49,734 nucleotides of DNA. It comes from Octopus bimaculoides (lineage: Eukaryota). The stretch lies in assembly GCF_001194135.2 (NCBI RefSeq), contig NC_068981.1, positions 36,867,101 through 36,916,834 of the forward strand, written 5' to 3'. The position numbers and the translations under genes were made by a program. Each line of letters starts with the position of its first letter. The first letter of the stretch is position 1. Shown in pieces: positions 1-12,722 of this stretch. The notes below the pieces were generated by a model, which worked only from the letters and a program-made list of their open reading frames with translations, was not told the DNA's origin and ran no database searches.

Positions 1-36
<36 letters not shown>
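1..36. repeat. (AG)n microsatellite
   Basis: Directly visible. Confidence 0.95.
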
Positions 37-39
<3 letters not shown>

Positions 40-640
40 TAATGATGCAAATAAACAAATGTAACCACTTAAGCTCAATATGCAGAATATACATACATAT
101 ATACATGTAAATAGAGAGAAAACAAAGGACTGAAAATATTCAGAAGATGAATGTTCATGTATCAGATCATTAGTAATATATGTAACAGAAAAGTTGTTTC
201 TCTGTATGTCCTGTTACGCATGCCTAGTGATACACATTAACTGGTTATAGAGTTTTCCAGACTGGAGTACATGTTTATGCGCATGCCCGAAGACAAAAAT
301 TACCATTGATGCGATTTGAAATTTTTACGGGACTAATGCAGAATCACACCTCTCCTTGAAAATGCATCTTTTTGTTAATTTTTTTTCGGATTCCTACGTT
401 TTAGATATCGGAGATTACGAAAATGCACAAAAAAATCTCCTTTTCAAATTTCACCCCACCCTCCAATTTAAAATTTTGGTTTTGTTTATCTTAAAGAGAT
501 CGTAGCGAATTGAAAAACATGCAAATCGAAATCAAATAAAGACAAACACATTAAAATGAAAAGAATTTGTGTTTTACTTGTAAATATATAAATATTTATG
601 TATTAACAGAGTAAACTTTCACAGAGTACAGAGATACCAT

Positions 641-961
641 ACAGAGAGAAGGTATGGTGTTACAGGTCCAACAGTTGTTTCTGGGAGCTTGGAACTACTT
701 CATAATGTTGGCAGATGTATTTTGCAAAAAGTCAAGGATATTCAAACAGTAGTAGAAGCATATAAACATTAGGTATATCTGGCTTCTGCCATCAGTGTGA
801 AGAAATGGGCATCTTTGCTCAAATGAATCCCTCTTATAGCTACTTGTTACCTTCTGGACTTAGTCCTCACTAAAGATTTTGGAGTGTAATTTCAAATCAT
901 TTGAGTGCTACTGTTTTCTATATTGAGCATCTCTGGATCTCATTTGTTGATTCACCCCTGC

Positions 962-1025
<64 letters not shown>

Positions 1026-1088
1026 GAGAAGGTATGGTGTTACAGGTCCAACAGTTGTTTCTGGGAGCTTGGAACTACTTCATAATGT
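641..1088 (+). repeat. Exact 68-bp direct repeat pair (641-708 and 1021-1088)
   Basis: ACAGAGAGAAGGTATGG...CTACTTCATAATGT is identical in both copies. The second copy abuts a (CT)n(AT)n tract. Confidence 0.95.
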
Positions 1089-1994
1089 GTATCTTCAGAA
1101 GATTGAGTCTTTTTTTGAATATTATCTTTTTGGCAATATCATTAAAGCTTTCCTTGAACTTCAGTTGAACTCCATATGATGACATTCAGAGAGTAGACCA
1201 GTGAAAGTAAAGAGTAAATATGAATATTGCAGACATTCACTCTAAGGTTAATGATCTGAAAAATTATAACCTTATTTGAAATAAAAACTGTTACTACAAC
1301 ATTCACTATCTCTCTCCAATACACACCTCACATAAAATTATATACTAGATACCTAGACATAGCTGAACCCAACATAAGAATATTATTATAAACTGAGTAA
1401 ATTAATTGTATGCTATGTATCTCTCATTTAATATCTAATATAACAGAAATTTTAGTTTATAATCTATGGTTAGCATTATTACTATATAAAATATACTCTT
1501 TTTCTATAATTTATAGAATGAATTATCTAAGTTGATGACAAAAGGTAACAAGAACCTGTCCACCTTTTCAATTATTCTTTATATTGTTTGACAAACAAAT
1601 TCTCCATACACATACACATACACATATGCACATATGTGTGTGTGTGTTTCATGCTTTCTTTTATATCAAGAAAGATCTAGGACTTATGGATGAAAAAGAT
1701 GATATTTTCAATTGTTTGTCTAAATTAATACAAAAATATTTGTGTCCCTCTTATTTATCAAGTTTATGTCTTTTAAGAATTTGTCTTCTGATTTTATAAT
1801 TTCATGGCTGTATATTTCACAAGAATACACTGTGTGCATTTCAAGTAATGATGAAAATAGACAAAAACTTGAGAGTACTTTTGTAAAGTAACTTCAGTGC
1901 TTTATTGATTGAAATATTATGATGGTATCTGAGTTGCAACCGAACAGATATCTAGGCATTTAATAAACATGCAGTTTATTAAGTACCTACATAC

Positions 1995-2072
1995 CTCAGA
2001 TGAGACAGCCCAAAGAAGATATTGTGCTCTCTCACGTCTATCTCTCCACATCACTCCACTCTTGTTATGCCT
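1995..2072 (-). CDS. Candidate internal exon (78 nt, phase 0-0)
   Basis: Strong GAG|gtatgt donor but weak tattag acceptor. RHNKSGVMWRDRRERAQYLLWAVSSE. Confidence 0.25.
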
Positions 2073-2080
2073 CTAATATA

Positions 2081-2560
2081 TAGCTGTGGGGTTGCAAAGT
2101 TTGCTTTACAACCACATAGTTCAAGTCCAGTTCTACTGCATGGTATCTTGGGAAAGTGTTGTAGGAAATTGGTTATACACCATTAGGTGTATACCCACTT
2201 CCGTACATTAAATTTGGAATAAACAACGTAACGCAGAACTCTGAACTATCAACACAACAATATTTATTTATGGAGGAATAATAGGCATGGTTGCTGAGAC
2301 GCCGGAATGTAGATGTGAGCTGTCCCCAGAGTCGGAATGTTGGAGAGACAGTTTTGACACGACCATGCTCATGGCCGACCGGCCGAGAAAGAGAATGACT
2401 AAGGGCACCAAACTTGGATATTGATGACTACGCATGCGCATGAGACAAGGCGTTACTACAGTGTCTTATGCTATACCCTAAGGCTAAGCAAATACTTTGT
2501 GAATGGAATTGGTTGGCAGAAACTGTATAGAAGCGTATGGTATCTGTGATTTTGTGTGTT
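2081..2560 (+). mobile_element. tRNA-derived SINE (family A), degenerate copy interrupted by the solo LTR
   Basis: 2081-2159 and 2461-2560 together are colinear with the cleaner copy at 47093-47245 (head, AAGTGTCTT, CTATA, TTGTGA.TGGA.TTGGT, GAAACTG). Confidence 0.75.
2160..2460 (-). mobile_element. Solo LTR (301 bp) of an LTR retrotransposon, probably Ty3/Gypsy-type
   Basis: Ends are TGTAG...CTACA (TG..CA, 5-bp inverted). Flanked by an exact 4-bp direct repeat GTGT (2156-2159, 2461-2464). It splits a SINE whose uninterrupted copy (~47165) has a single AAGTGTCTTC. CpG-rich relative to its flanks. AATAAA on the minus strand suggests orientation. Confidence 0.85.
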
Positions 2561-3084
2561 TGTGAGCATATTAATGAGAATATCGATTCTGTAAGTCCTC
2601 ATTAACACTCTCAGAGCAAAAATAGGGGCATTGTTAACATTATTCAGCAAAACAAATGTGCTGTAGTTTTGTGAACTGAAGGAAAAATGAAAAACATAAA
2701 TAGGTGGAGGTTGGCTACTGGAAAAACATCTCACAACAGAAAGCCTAGAGTTATAAGTTTCCTCTAACCTATCCCAATATTAAAAAACTGACATAAAAAT
2801 GATAATAATGATGGTGATGATTACGTTTCTTTTGGTTTGATCTTGTATCATTATCTGATACTTTATCCTCAGGTGAGAACTTTAGAGCCCTTAGAAATAA
2901 AAATTCATAGTTTGAATTCAATCTGGTTCTATGTTGGTATGTAAGAATAAGATACATGAGATGGGATCAAAGAGGACAATATGTAGTGTAGATGTACATA
3001 TGGTAAAAAGTTGATGAAGTTGTGCGGGAACAATAAGCATTAAGAGCACATGGGACTTAGATTCTCTGAAATTCCCAAGAGGCT

Positions 3085-3665
3085 CTCTTGAGGTTATAGA
3101 TAGTTTCTGTTACCTAGGTGACCAAATTCGCAATGGTGGAGGATACTCTGAAAGTATTGTTTCTAGAATAAGAATTGGGTGGAAGTTCAGAGAGCTATTA
3201 CCTCTGTTGGCAACAAAAAGACTCTCTCTCAGAGTGAAAGGTAGACTATATGATGTTTGTGTGTGAATGACTATACTCCTTGGTAGTGAGACATAGGCAC
3301 TGAGTGCAGAAGACATGTGTAGACTGGAGAGAAATGAAGGTAGTATGCTCCATTGGATGTGCAATATCAGTGCACATGTATGGCAAAGCACAAATGTATT
3401 GAGAGAAAAGTTTGGCATAAGAGGAATCAAACATATCATGCAAGAGAGAAGACTACATTGGTTTGGACATGTGATGTGGATGAATGAGCACAGCTGCATA
3501 AAGAAGTGCCAGTCACTGAAAGTGGATGTGCCTGCAGAGGAGGGAGACCTAGGAAGATGTGGAATGAAGTGGTAAGGACTAATCCCTGGATGTTGGGCCT
3601 CACAGAAGAAATGACAATGGACCGAGATGTCTGGCAATATGATGTTCTAGAAAAGACCCACCCAT
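3085..3665 (+). mobile_element. RTE-clade LINE fragment (RT C-terminal region), degenerate
   Basis: Translates with stops and a frameshift as LGDQIRNGGGYSESIVSRI...VKGRLYD...RLERNEGSMLHWMC...QERRLHWFGHVMWM...GRPRKMWNEVV...DRDVWQ. WFGHV and GRPRK.W are typical RTE motifs. Confidence 0.9.
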
Positions 3666-3699
3666 GTCAGAAAAAACTGAGTTCTAGAAGTGCTGTGTA

Positions 3700-4115
3700 T
3701 CCCACCCACACTTAACAAAAAACTTCTCACACATTCTACCACAACAAACTGATCTACATCTCTACATCTCTTCCTCACATTTCCCGTTCATGTACTATGC
3801 TTACTTCCCATTCCCCAATCCTGTTCTATTGGCCCTGTGCCACCGTATCATTGCTCACCACTAGCCCCTGACCTGTGTGTTCCACCCATACACCCTGTCT
3901 CACTGTATTATTGCCATCTACTAGCCCCTGACCTGGGTGTTCCACCCACATTTAACAAGAAAACTTCTCACTCACCCTACTTCAACAAACCAATTTACAT
4001 CTCCACATCTCTTCTCTTCTTCACATTTCCTCCTTCATATACTATGCCTAGTTCTCACTCCCCAATCCTGTCTTCATGGCCCTGTTCCTCTGTATCATTG
4101 CTATTCGGTAGCCCA
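3700..4115 (+). repeat. Imperfect ~240-bp tandem duplication containing a ~58-bp sub-duplication
   Basis: CCACCCACA.TTAACAA.AAAACTTCTCAC...CCCCAATCCTGT...GGCCCTGT...GTATCATTGCT at ~3703 and ~3942. CTAGCCCCTGACCTG.GTGTTCCACCCA at ~3860 and ~3920. Confidence 0.8.
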
Positions 4116-4519
4116 CCAACTCTGTGTGTGCCCAGGTTTTCACCACTCACTCTACTCCCCCTCTGCACTCTTTAATCACATTTCTTTAGTAATATCCTGC
4201 CACTTATATTATGTCATTTCAAACCTCAAGGATATGCCCTGGTACTTGCCACCATCTATATCTCTCTCTCTTTCTTTACTCAACCATCCCATTTATATTC
4301 TGATCCCTGTCACTTGTGAGTATGCCTGGCATTTTGCCACCATCTCTATCCTGCTGTCTCGCACTCTCTCTCTCCTTCTCCTGCACTTACCTCAGGTTGG
4401 GTAACCATGTATTTCCTTTGCACCTGTTTCTATCTCTCTGTCTCACTATAACCTTTCATCAACCGACTTAAGATTACCTCCTCTCATGCCCCCTCCCCTC
4501 TCGAAAGTTTTTTTTTTGT

Positions 4520-4835
4520 CTTGCAAGTACTCAGTGACCCTGTAAATGCAGGTGCCACTAAAAACACCCAGTCCACACTGTAAAGTAACTGGCATTTGGA
4601 AGGGCATCGAGCTGTAAAACCTTGTCAAAACTGACCTCACCTGTGCTTGCGCCATGTAAAAAGTACTAAGTCCACTCTGCTGAGTCGTGGGTGTTAGGAA
4701 GGGCATCCAGCTATAAAAATCCTGCCAAAACAGTCACAGAAGTCTGGCGCAGGCTTATGCCTAGCCAGCTCTTGTGAAATCGTCCCACACATGCTAGCAT
4801 GGAGGATGGATGTTAAACAACAATGATGATAATGA
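4520..4835 (+). mobile_element. RTE-type 3' tail element (5'-truncated LINE or RTE-dependent SINE)
   Basis: TTAGGAAGGGCATCCAGC...ATGCTAGCATGG..GGATGTTAAA + (GAT)n. A ~95-bp subunit is duplicated. Similar tails at ~10700-10810, 15120-15230, 15320-15430, 23370-23600 (-), 40435-40630 (-), 43140-43260 and 46665-46790 (-). Confidence 0.75.
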
Positions 4836-5619
4836 CGAAGTTTATAGTCTCAGAAATTACACCGTCACGAACGGTTTTGGAACCTTTTAGCATCAGCAGC
4901 TTTTAATAGATAGATAGATTGGACCAGTGCAGTTTTGAATATTTTAGTACTATAAGGATTAAGCTATTGCATCCACTGGTAAATTATATACACTTTAAAA
5001 AATTATAGTTTTGTTGATTATATGCAATTTGTAAATTATACATTCATAATACATTATTTTTGACAACCAACTAAAATATTTATTAGATAATTTTAACTAT
5101 TATTTAGAATATTTTTTATTTTATAGAAATTAGATTAATTTGAGCTCATTTATTAATGCTAATATTTATACATTTATATATTGCAAAGTCAGCTTCACTA
5201 CTATATAGTGACTATTGCTTTCTCCCTCTCTCTTCTATAATTACTCTCTCCTTTATCTCTTGCTCCTATGACATTGGTTCTTTACTTTTCTGTTTCCTGT
5301 CACCCTCTTACATATTTTCTCTCTCTTTTGCCTCTTCTTTTTTATCACCCACTCACTTAAACAAACGATTATGCAAGGGAGAGAGTTGCCATTCATTTTA
5401 GCTGGGAATAAGGCAACCTTTCTAGTGCTGGTGCCATGATAAAATGCTCCTGGTACAACCTCTTAAGTGGATGGCATTAAGAAAATATCCAGCCATAGAA
5501 TCCCTGCAAAAAAGAAGCTGTACAATGAAGCTTGCTTCCTAAGCTGTTTCAAAGGTCTATAACTGACTTGGTCCATGGCATCTGTTCAATCCATACCAAA
5601 ATGGAAAAGTGGACTGAAA

Positions 5620-5695
5620 ATGATAATGATGATAATGATGATGATGTTGATGATGATGACGTGGAGGATGAGGAGGATGAGGAGGAGGAGGAGAA
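5620..5695. repeat. (GAT)n/(GAG)n microsatellite
   Basis: Directly visible. It explains the acidic or poly-M ORFs here. Confidence 0.9.
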
Positions 5696-6977
5696 GATAC
5701 ACAATACTTATATCCATATATGCTACAAATACTTTATGGAATATATGTGTATATATGTAAGTAAGAATGTATACTTACTCGAAATAAATATTCTAGCTTC
5801 TTGTATCATGATTCTTTATAAATGATTTCTTGTTTTCTCAGAAGAATTCTTCACCATAAACTTTAATTGCTGGTAAATATGGGTTAATATATTGCATAGA
5901 TATTCAAATATTGTTTGATAATAGAATAGTAAATTCCTTAGCTTTATTACTGAGATCAAGTATTCATTATTGAATTAGATTTGTCTGTATGAAATGAATC
6001 CATAGAGAAAGCAGAGGTGAGAATATTTTGTGATAAATAGTCACTGCTTGATTGTATGCTCTAATTCTTCTAATTATCTGCATAGCAGTGAAGTCAGAGG
6101 AAAAGTCAAACATCCTTTGACCAGCTGTCTGGCAGATGTCCAAACACAGAGATTTATAAAAGCTGATGATTAAGTGTTTCCTGTCGACATTTGGACATCA
6201 GTTCTTATTGGACAATGCCCAGCCTTGATTTGAGTGGTCAGTACAGGTACCATGATTAGGTTTCTTCTTCTTCTTTCTCTGCCATGTCATAATACTGAAG
6301 GATTTATATCAAATTGAACAGAAGACAGATCTTGTTAATCTAGTAGACTTACACAAGCATAACAGAGAACTTGGTTCATACAGTTAATGCAGTGGCCACA
6401 AAGTTGCAGTACTAGAGAACATCAATTAATATATATCTTGGTATGGAATGATAAATCACAAAAAAAATTAGGAGGAATTTTTTCCCAAAGTTACTTGTAT
6501 TCATATTCCAAATATTTATTATTTTGTATAAATTTTCATAACTTCGTATCATGTATAATGAAAAACATTATTGTAGAAGTTAATAATTTGAATAAAAGAA
6601 CATACTTGAAATGTGTAGTATTGCATGAGTGATAACAAAACTATTGTTATTGTACTTTTTAAGAAATATTTGATACATTTCATGAGAGACTTGATGAGAA
6701 ATAACAAGGATTTCTAAAAAGCTAGAAATAATAACAGTTTTATTAGTTCTTATGTGATGCCAGTTTGTCACCTCATCTTTGAAATATTTTTTTTTGTTCA
6801 AATTTATGAGCTTCGATGATAAACTTTGTCATATATGAACATCTATTGCTATCAGTATTAAACAGTCATAGGTCTTTGACAGATCACAACAAAATATTAA
6901 AGCTACTTATTTAATCAAAAATATAAAAAGCTAACTTGACATGATGGTATCATCAAATCTTAGAATATTCAGCTTAC

Positions 6978-7184
6978 TCATTGACTGTAAATATGTACAA
7001 ATATGCCCTGATATTGTTAAATTCAACCCACTGCCATTTCATAGTTTGTAAATCAATGATTGGTTGGTAGTTTTGTTCCTGGATCATTTGCTCAAAGGTC
7101 ATGGGTCCAAATTTGTTGTACAGTGTATAATTAAGCAAGTCATTTACTTCCCTATGCATCACTTCTTGGTGGGTAGAATAACGA
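6978..7184 (-). CDS. Candidate internal coding exon (207 nt, phase 2-2) of an unidentified gene
   Basis: cag acceptor, strong GA|gtaagc donor and 69 open codons: RYSTHQEVMHREVNDLLNYTLYNKFGPMTFEQMIQEQNYQPIIDLQTMKWQWVEFNNIRAYLYIFTVN. Non-repetitive and protein-like. An alternative in-frame acceptor lies at 7208. No homolog recognised. Confidence 0.45.
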
Positions 7185-7250
7185 CTGGTGTTGCAGAGTA
7201 TTTTAAATCTCACACACACACACACACATGTGCACATATGCACGTGCACA

Positions 7251-7297
<47 letters not shown>

Positions 7298-8092
7298 TGC
7301 ACATCACACCCACACACTCATGTATATATATATATAACAAAATGAATAACTATATGGATTATAGTTTATTTAGGTTAGTGAACCATGCTTTTTTATGTAC
7401 ATTATTTATTTGTTTATTTACTAATAAGCCATAATATTCTAAAAGCTGGGATTCTCACACTATAGATCCAAAATTCAACCTAATAAATTTTCATTTTATG
7501 TGAGCTTTGTTTGATTGGTTAGCAAAGTCAAGTTGTTGTTTTTCTCCCTTTAATGTATGCTCATAAGTATTTATACTTCTTTGTATTTTGAATTAAGAAA
7601 ACAAACATTTCTCTATTCCATAATTTCGGAAGTATATTTACAATATTACATTTAATCAAGAACAATTATCTTCTAATTTGAATCTCTTTGTTTTTTTTTT
7701 ATTTTGATATTGTTTTTACACCAATTTTTGTTTCGGTTTGGAAACATTATGAAATATAATTTGAATATATCAACATTCAACATTATCATCTTCATTAAGC
7801 GCTTTCTTCTCCTTTAATACATTCTGCTACTATTATCCTCATTATTATTGCTTTCATCATAATTATAATTAAAATCATCAAAATAATTAAAATCATTAAT
7901 ATTTACCAGCATTTTGTCATCATTATAATTATCATAAATATAGATACCACAATCATTGTAAAATTATTTAGTACAGTAAACATATTTGACCTTTCTAAAA
8001 TAATTATATGCATACAATATAATTAGTCTTGCTGTACTTATAGTTACATCTGCAATACTTTGTTCCACAACAAGACTAAATATGTTTTATAT

Positions 8093-8154
<62 letters not shown>

Positions 8155-8574
8155 TAAATATGCTCCCATAGTGTTAGATGCTCAAGTTCAACATTTCTTT
8201 TACTAACTGTATTCAGGCTCTTCCATTGATGTTCTGATGGGAGCCCAGTTGTAATTTCATTGGTACACATGTATAATTTAGAATGATTTAAGGGCTAATT
8301 GGTTTTTGTAAATAATTATGTTACCTAATTTATTGTTGTTGTTTGTCTGTGAGTCAATCCCAGTCAAGTTGACCAATGACTGATACAGTTCCCACTGTGA
8401 ACATTCCATACTTTTTTTGTCCAGTTGCAGTGTATCAGTAATTACATTATCTAATGATGTGGAACCAAGATATTGCTGATATAAGGACTGTAAGATTAAC
8501 CATATTTTAAGAATACAATTATGTTTGAATTATCAAATATGTGTTTTGTACTAAATAATTTTGCACACTTCCCA

Positions 8575-8680
8575 GCCATAGTATATTGAGAAAGTGTCTT
8601 TTACTATAGTCCTGAGCTGATCTAAGCCTTGTGAATGGATCTGGTAGATGTAAACTAAAAGACACTCATCACACACATGC
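8575..8680 (-). mobile_element. SINE family A fragment
   Basis: GAAAGTGTCTTTTACTATAGTCC on + is read across a partial match to the family A body (CACAAGGC...CTATAGT.GAAGACACTT). Short and degenerate, so strand is tentative. Confidence 0.5.
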
Positions 8681-8747
8681 ACATGCATGCATGCACACAC
8701 ACACACACACACACACAATCTAAGAGTCCATACATACATACACACAC

Positions 8748-8781
<34 letters not shown>

Positions 8782-9450
8782 CTTCTAAGAATCCATAAGT
8801 CAAAAAATATACACACTCAAACATTTGTCAATAGAGTGGGTATATTAATCTTACCAATTGGTTTCACAGTGGATATTAAACAAGATATTAGATAACAGCA
8901 TGATTGTTTAATGCAGTATGCTCATCTGGGCAAGCAGGTAGGAAAACCATATAGCAACTGCTCTCTGTTATTGGAGGTGAAAAACCATTTCCAGTTTGTG
9001 GCTGCTGTGAAACAGAATAGAACAAACTAAACGAAGGTTATATCAAAAGTTTTGTTGCTTGGGCCCAAAGGTCATGCAGATGTAACTCTACAAAGGGTTT
9101 TAGTGAGACTGAGGTGCTAGACAGATTCCCAAGCAAGTGGACCAGCGTGCCTGAATGTTTAAGCTCATGTTAAGGCATAGTATTACATATCCATGCTGTT
9201 ATCTAACATCCAGTTTAATACGCAGTGTGAAACAAATTGGTAAGATCAGTCACAATGTATATATGTTACTGTTCACTTTGATAAGTATGCCCACTCAATT
9301 GACAGATAGATAAGAGCATACTTTTTTCTGACTTATGGGTTTTTAGACAATTTACACACTCTTACATACTGCAGTGTATATTGCAATAGATGGCCTGCTT
9401 TTTGTGTCATCAAAGAATCACCATGGCTCCATAATATACATTTTATGACC

Positions 9451-10100
9451 ATGGGATTATATGACCCAGGATATTCAACAAAAAATATTCCAATGCCATC
9501 CATTGACATGAGGCTGCTGATGAAGATGATAGACCATGTCAAGCAAATGAAACGGAAAGCTTTTTTTCTTCGACCAGGTTAAACTACCTGTGGGGAATGA
9601 ACATTATGGACCGAGATTCAGGAAATTCCCACCAAAGATCAAGGAAGTGAAGGTCTTTGAAAATGACCTTCTGGACATTATACCCATTCTGAAATTCAAT
9701 AAGTCCTCAAACCCTTTCCAATGTAAACTTTGAGTAGACATCTGGCGATGTATCTTCTGATAGGACTCTATTTTTTTCTGATGTCTAAAACTTTATTTAG
9801 AGTACTGATACAAGTGTACAGCTACTTAACAACAATATAACACAAATTTTTAGGAAAGCAACTCCTCTAATCTTTGATAACATTAACCATGAGACCAAAG
9901 ATATAGCATTTAAACTAGGAATAGAGAATAGAGACATGAAGACGTGAACAAGGCTTTTATTATGATTAAAGATCTTAAGCCAAACTCTGCTTCTGACCCC
10001 AAATGTTATCTAATTGACCCTGCAATGTCGAAGCAGATTCAATAACCATAAGTCTTCCTCTAGTATTCCAGACAGATGAAATATCCAGTGTTCTGGCCAG
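9451..10100 (+). mobile_element. Penelope-like retroelement (PLE) remnant, N-terminal/RT-proximal region, pseudogenised
   Basis: With stops and frameshifts: GYSTKNIPMPS...MKRKAFFL; EHYGPRFRKFPPKIKEVKVFENDLLDIIPILKFNKSSNPFQCKL; LLNNNITQIFRKA; NINHETKDIAFKLGIENR; AFIMIKDLKPNSASDPKCYLIDPA. These blocks follow the order I recall from aquatic-invertebrate PLE ORFs (YSxKNIP, RWKAFFF, FENDL, NIT, AFITLKDHK..PKCRLINP). Confidence 0.75.
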
Positions 10101-11194
10101 GCACATATGGTTGTTAAAGGAAAGTGGTGCAGAGTACAGCAAAAAGTGGAAAATCTCAGAAAAGTGCAAGGCTTATTTTAAGAGCAGCAGAAAGTGCAGT
10201 TTATCTTTATCCAAGAAATGAGCCCTATTAAAATTCTCTCAGAATCCAGATATCAAACTAAACTGACTTGTTTAGGTCCCTGGAACTTAGCTGGTTATCA
10301 AAAGAGCCAATACAATAAATACCAGAGTTAAAAATAAGTACCAGCGTTGATTTGTTTAACTAAACTCTTCTAGGTAGTGCCCCAGCATGGCCCCATTCCA
10401 CTGACTAAAAGGGGTGAAAGACAATATGTGTGTGTGTGTGTTTATGTGAGTGAGTTCACATTTACTTTCACTGGTTCTATACAAGCTTTTCATTTGATTG
10501 TTATTTGCTTGCAGTCCATCATGAAAGCCTGTTCAGCTTGTTCAGCTTCTTGATATATCTTAACATGTTGTGTGACCTTTGTCAACAAAAGTCTCACTCA
10601 TATGAAGGCGTTTGTTTTGTAGTTCTCTACAGAAATATGTCCAGACTGTTTGTTGTTTTGTTAGACTGGGAGATTATTAACTTGCTTGAAAACAGGTGGT
10701 GTTGGTGAAAGAAAGGGCATCTGATCACAGAAAACTTTGTCCCGGCATACTCTTGTCTGACCCATGCCAGTATAGAAAAGTAGATGTTATAAGGATGATG
10801 ATGATTATGATGATGGTTGTGTTATTTATGCATATGATATTAATAATGGTGACAAAATTCCGATAGATATTATCAATATTAATTGTTTTGATGACTTTAA
10901 ATGTAATTCTAAGGCAGTCAATAACGAAACCGTCTTTAAGATGGCAGAGCATGATTTAAGAGAGATTTTGTTGATAATGCTAGCGAGTAGATTATGAGAC
11001 TATGCTGTTCTTTCGCTGACCCTAAATTTAATCACTAAAGCATTTGTAATTGAAATGCTTTACAAATAGAAAATATATGTAGAAGGTCTTGAGTTGTATC
11101 ATTTTGCATTTTTCACATTTATTAACAAGACAAAGGAGGTCATTGTCATTTGTTGTTGGATAGGGTCAAACTAGTTGTAAGAATTCAACATAAT

Positions 11195-11258
11195 CCTCCT
11201 CCTCCACCTCCTCCTCCTCCTCATCATCATCACCACCACCACCATCATCATCATCATC

Positions 11259-11298
<40 letters not shown>
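11195..11298. repeat. (CCT)n/(CAC)n/(CAT)n compound microsatellite
   Basis: Directly visible. Confidence 0.9.
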
Positions 11299-12695
11299 GT
11301 TGCTGTAGTTGTAGCATTGGTCTTAAATGATATTAAAGTCTTTCTCTTGAATAAATACCCTGGTGGACCCTAGTAAGCCATCACACAATCAAACTGATAT
11401 TTGTTTTATGACTTGTGTAAACTAAACACTAACCTGTGCTAAATGTGTTATTAAGGATGGGATTACAATAAAACTGCCTGTAGCAGAATATAATGAATCA
11501 AAGGCTTCATGCATTGTGTATCCAACACTTTAACCATACAGCCACTAAACTTTGTAATTGAGACAACAATAGTTTTCCATTACAAACAAAAAGCAAGAGC
11601 AGCTGACACATTTTAAAATTTATTTATGATTGCCATTAGACCCAATGTAAATTTAATTCATCTTATTTTATTTTCTAATATTCAAAAATACCTAGAGGCG
11701 AAAGCAATTAAAAATGGTTAGATTTATTTACATAATTTGGAATAACTATTACCAAATTGACATGGAAATTTAATTAAAAATGTTTTCGAAAATTATTCAA
11801 TTTCCAAATAATCTCCCATTGCTGCTTTCTCTCCTGTGGTCTTTCTTTCTTTGATTTTAGCAATTGCAGTTTAATGGAACAGAGACATAATTCATGCTAA
11901 ATATGATGCCAGTATGTAAATATATGCTTTAGAAAACATGAATAGCAAAGTTGCGGGAAGCAAAATATCTTGATGTTGGTTCTCAAACATTTATCACTCC
12001 AGCAAACCAAAGGAGCCACTATTCCCTTTTTCTGATCTTGATGAATGTTGTCAGTCATAAATAGAAATTTATCTAAAGAACAAACATACTTGATCTTTCA
12101 AGTGATAAGGAGTATAAAAATAATTGCAGGTAATCAGTATTTTTATATGATAATCTATTCTTAACCCCAGTACATACAATGAATCATCTGGAGAAGAACT
12201 CTAGATAGTTGTAGGGTATTAGTTTAAGTTTATGGTACAGATATTATAAAAATATTATTGATTACAAATCTCCAGAAATGAGATGGTACCAAACTAAATG
12301 CCTTGCAGTATGTAAATTTCCTCTCTCTTCTATGATCTCATGGTGATTTCACATTTCATTTCATTTGGGTTGATACTACAAATATTGGTATCAACTATAC
12401 TAGGATCAATATATTTATTCAAATTATGTCCCCTAGAAAATTAGTTTTATTTATTCAGATAATTTATTATATACTTTAGTAGAATATAAGGTTTTGAACT
12501 TTTCTTTGTAAACTTTGAAAACCATTATCACCATCATCGTCATCTTTGTTGTTGTCCTCAGGAGTGGTGTTATCATCATTGTCATCTTCATCTTCATTGT
12601 TGTCACTATCATCATTTTGAATAGTAGACTTAATCCACTGTCTTTATTATTGTATTTGAAATAAGAATCCTGTCTGAAGATACCTTTCTCCTTAC

Positions 12696-12722
12696 CCCTC
12701 CCCATAGTCAGTCTTGAATGAC
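12696..12722 (-). CDS. Candidate 27-nt micro-exon
   Basis: gtcattttcag acceptor and GGG|gtaagg donor. Open as SFKTDYGE in phase 2-2, compatible with the 6978-7184 exon. Confidence 0.3.

Noticed and set aside
5967-6294. 109-codon minus-strand frame broken by a single TGA (6198-6200) next to a Cys codon, a possible selenocysteine
   Set aside because: No recognisable selenoprotein motif and no SECIS identified. The peptide is not convincing and such frames occur by chance.
9333-9542. Minus ORF MTWSIIFISS... with a gtaag-type donor
   Set aside because: Largely the antisense of the Penelope-like remnant, whose + strand motifs explain the region better.
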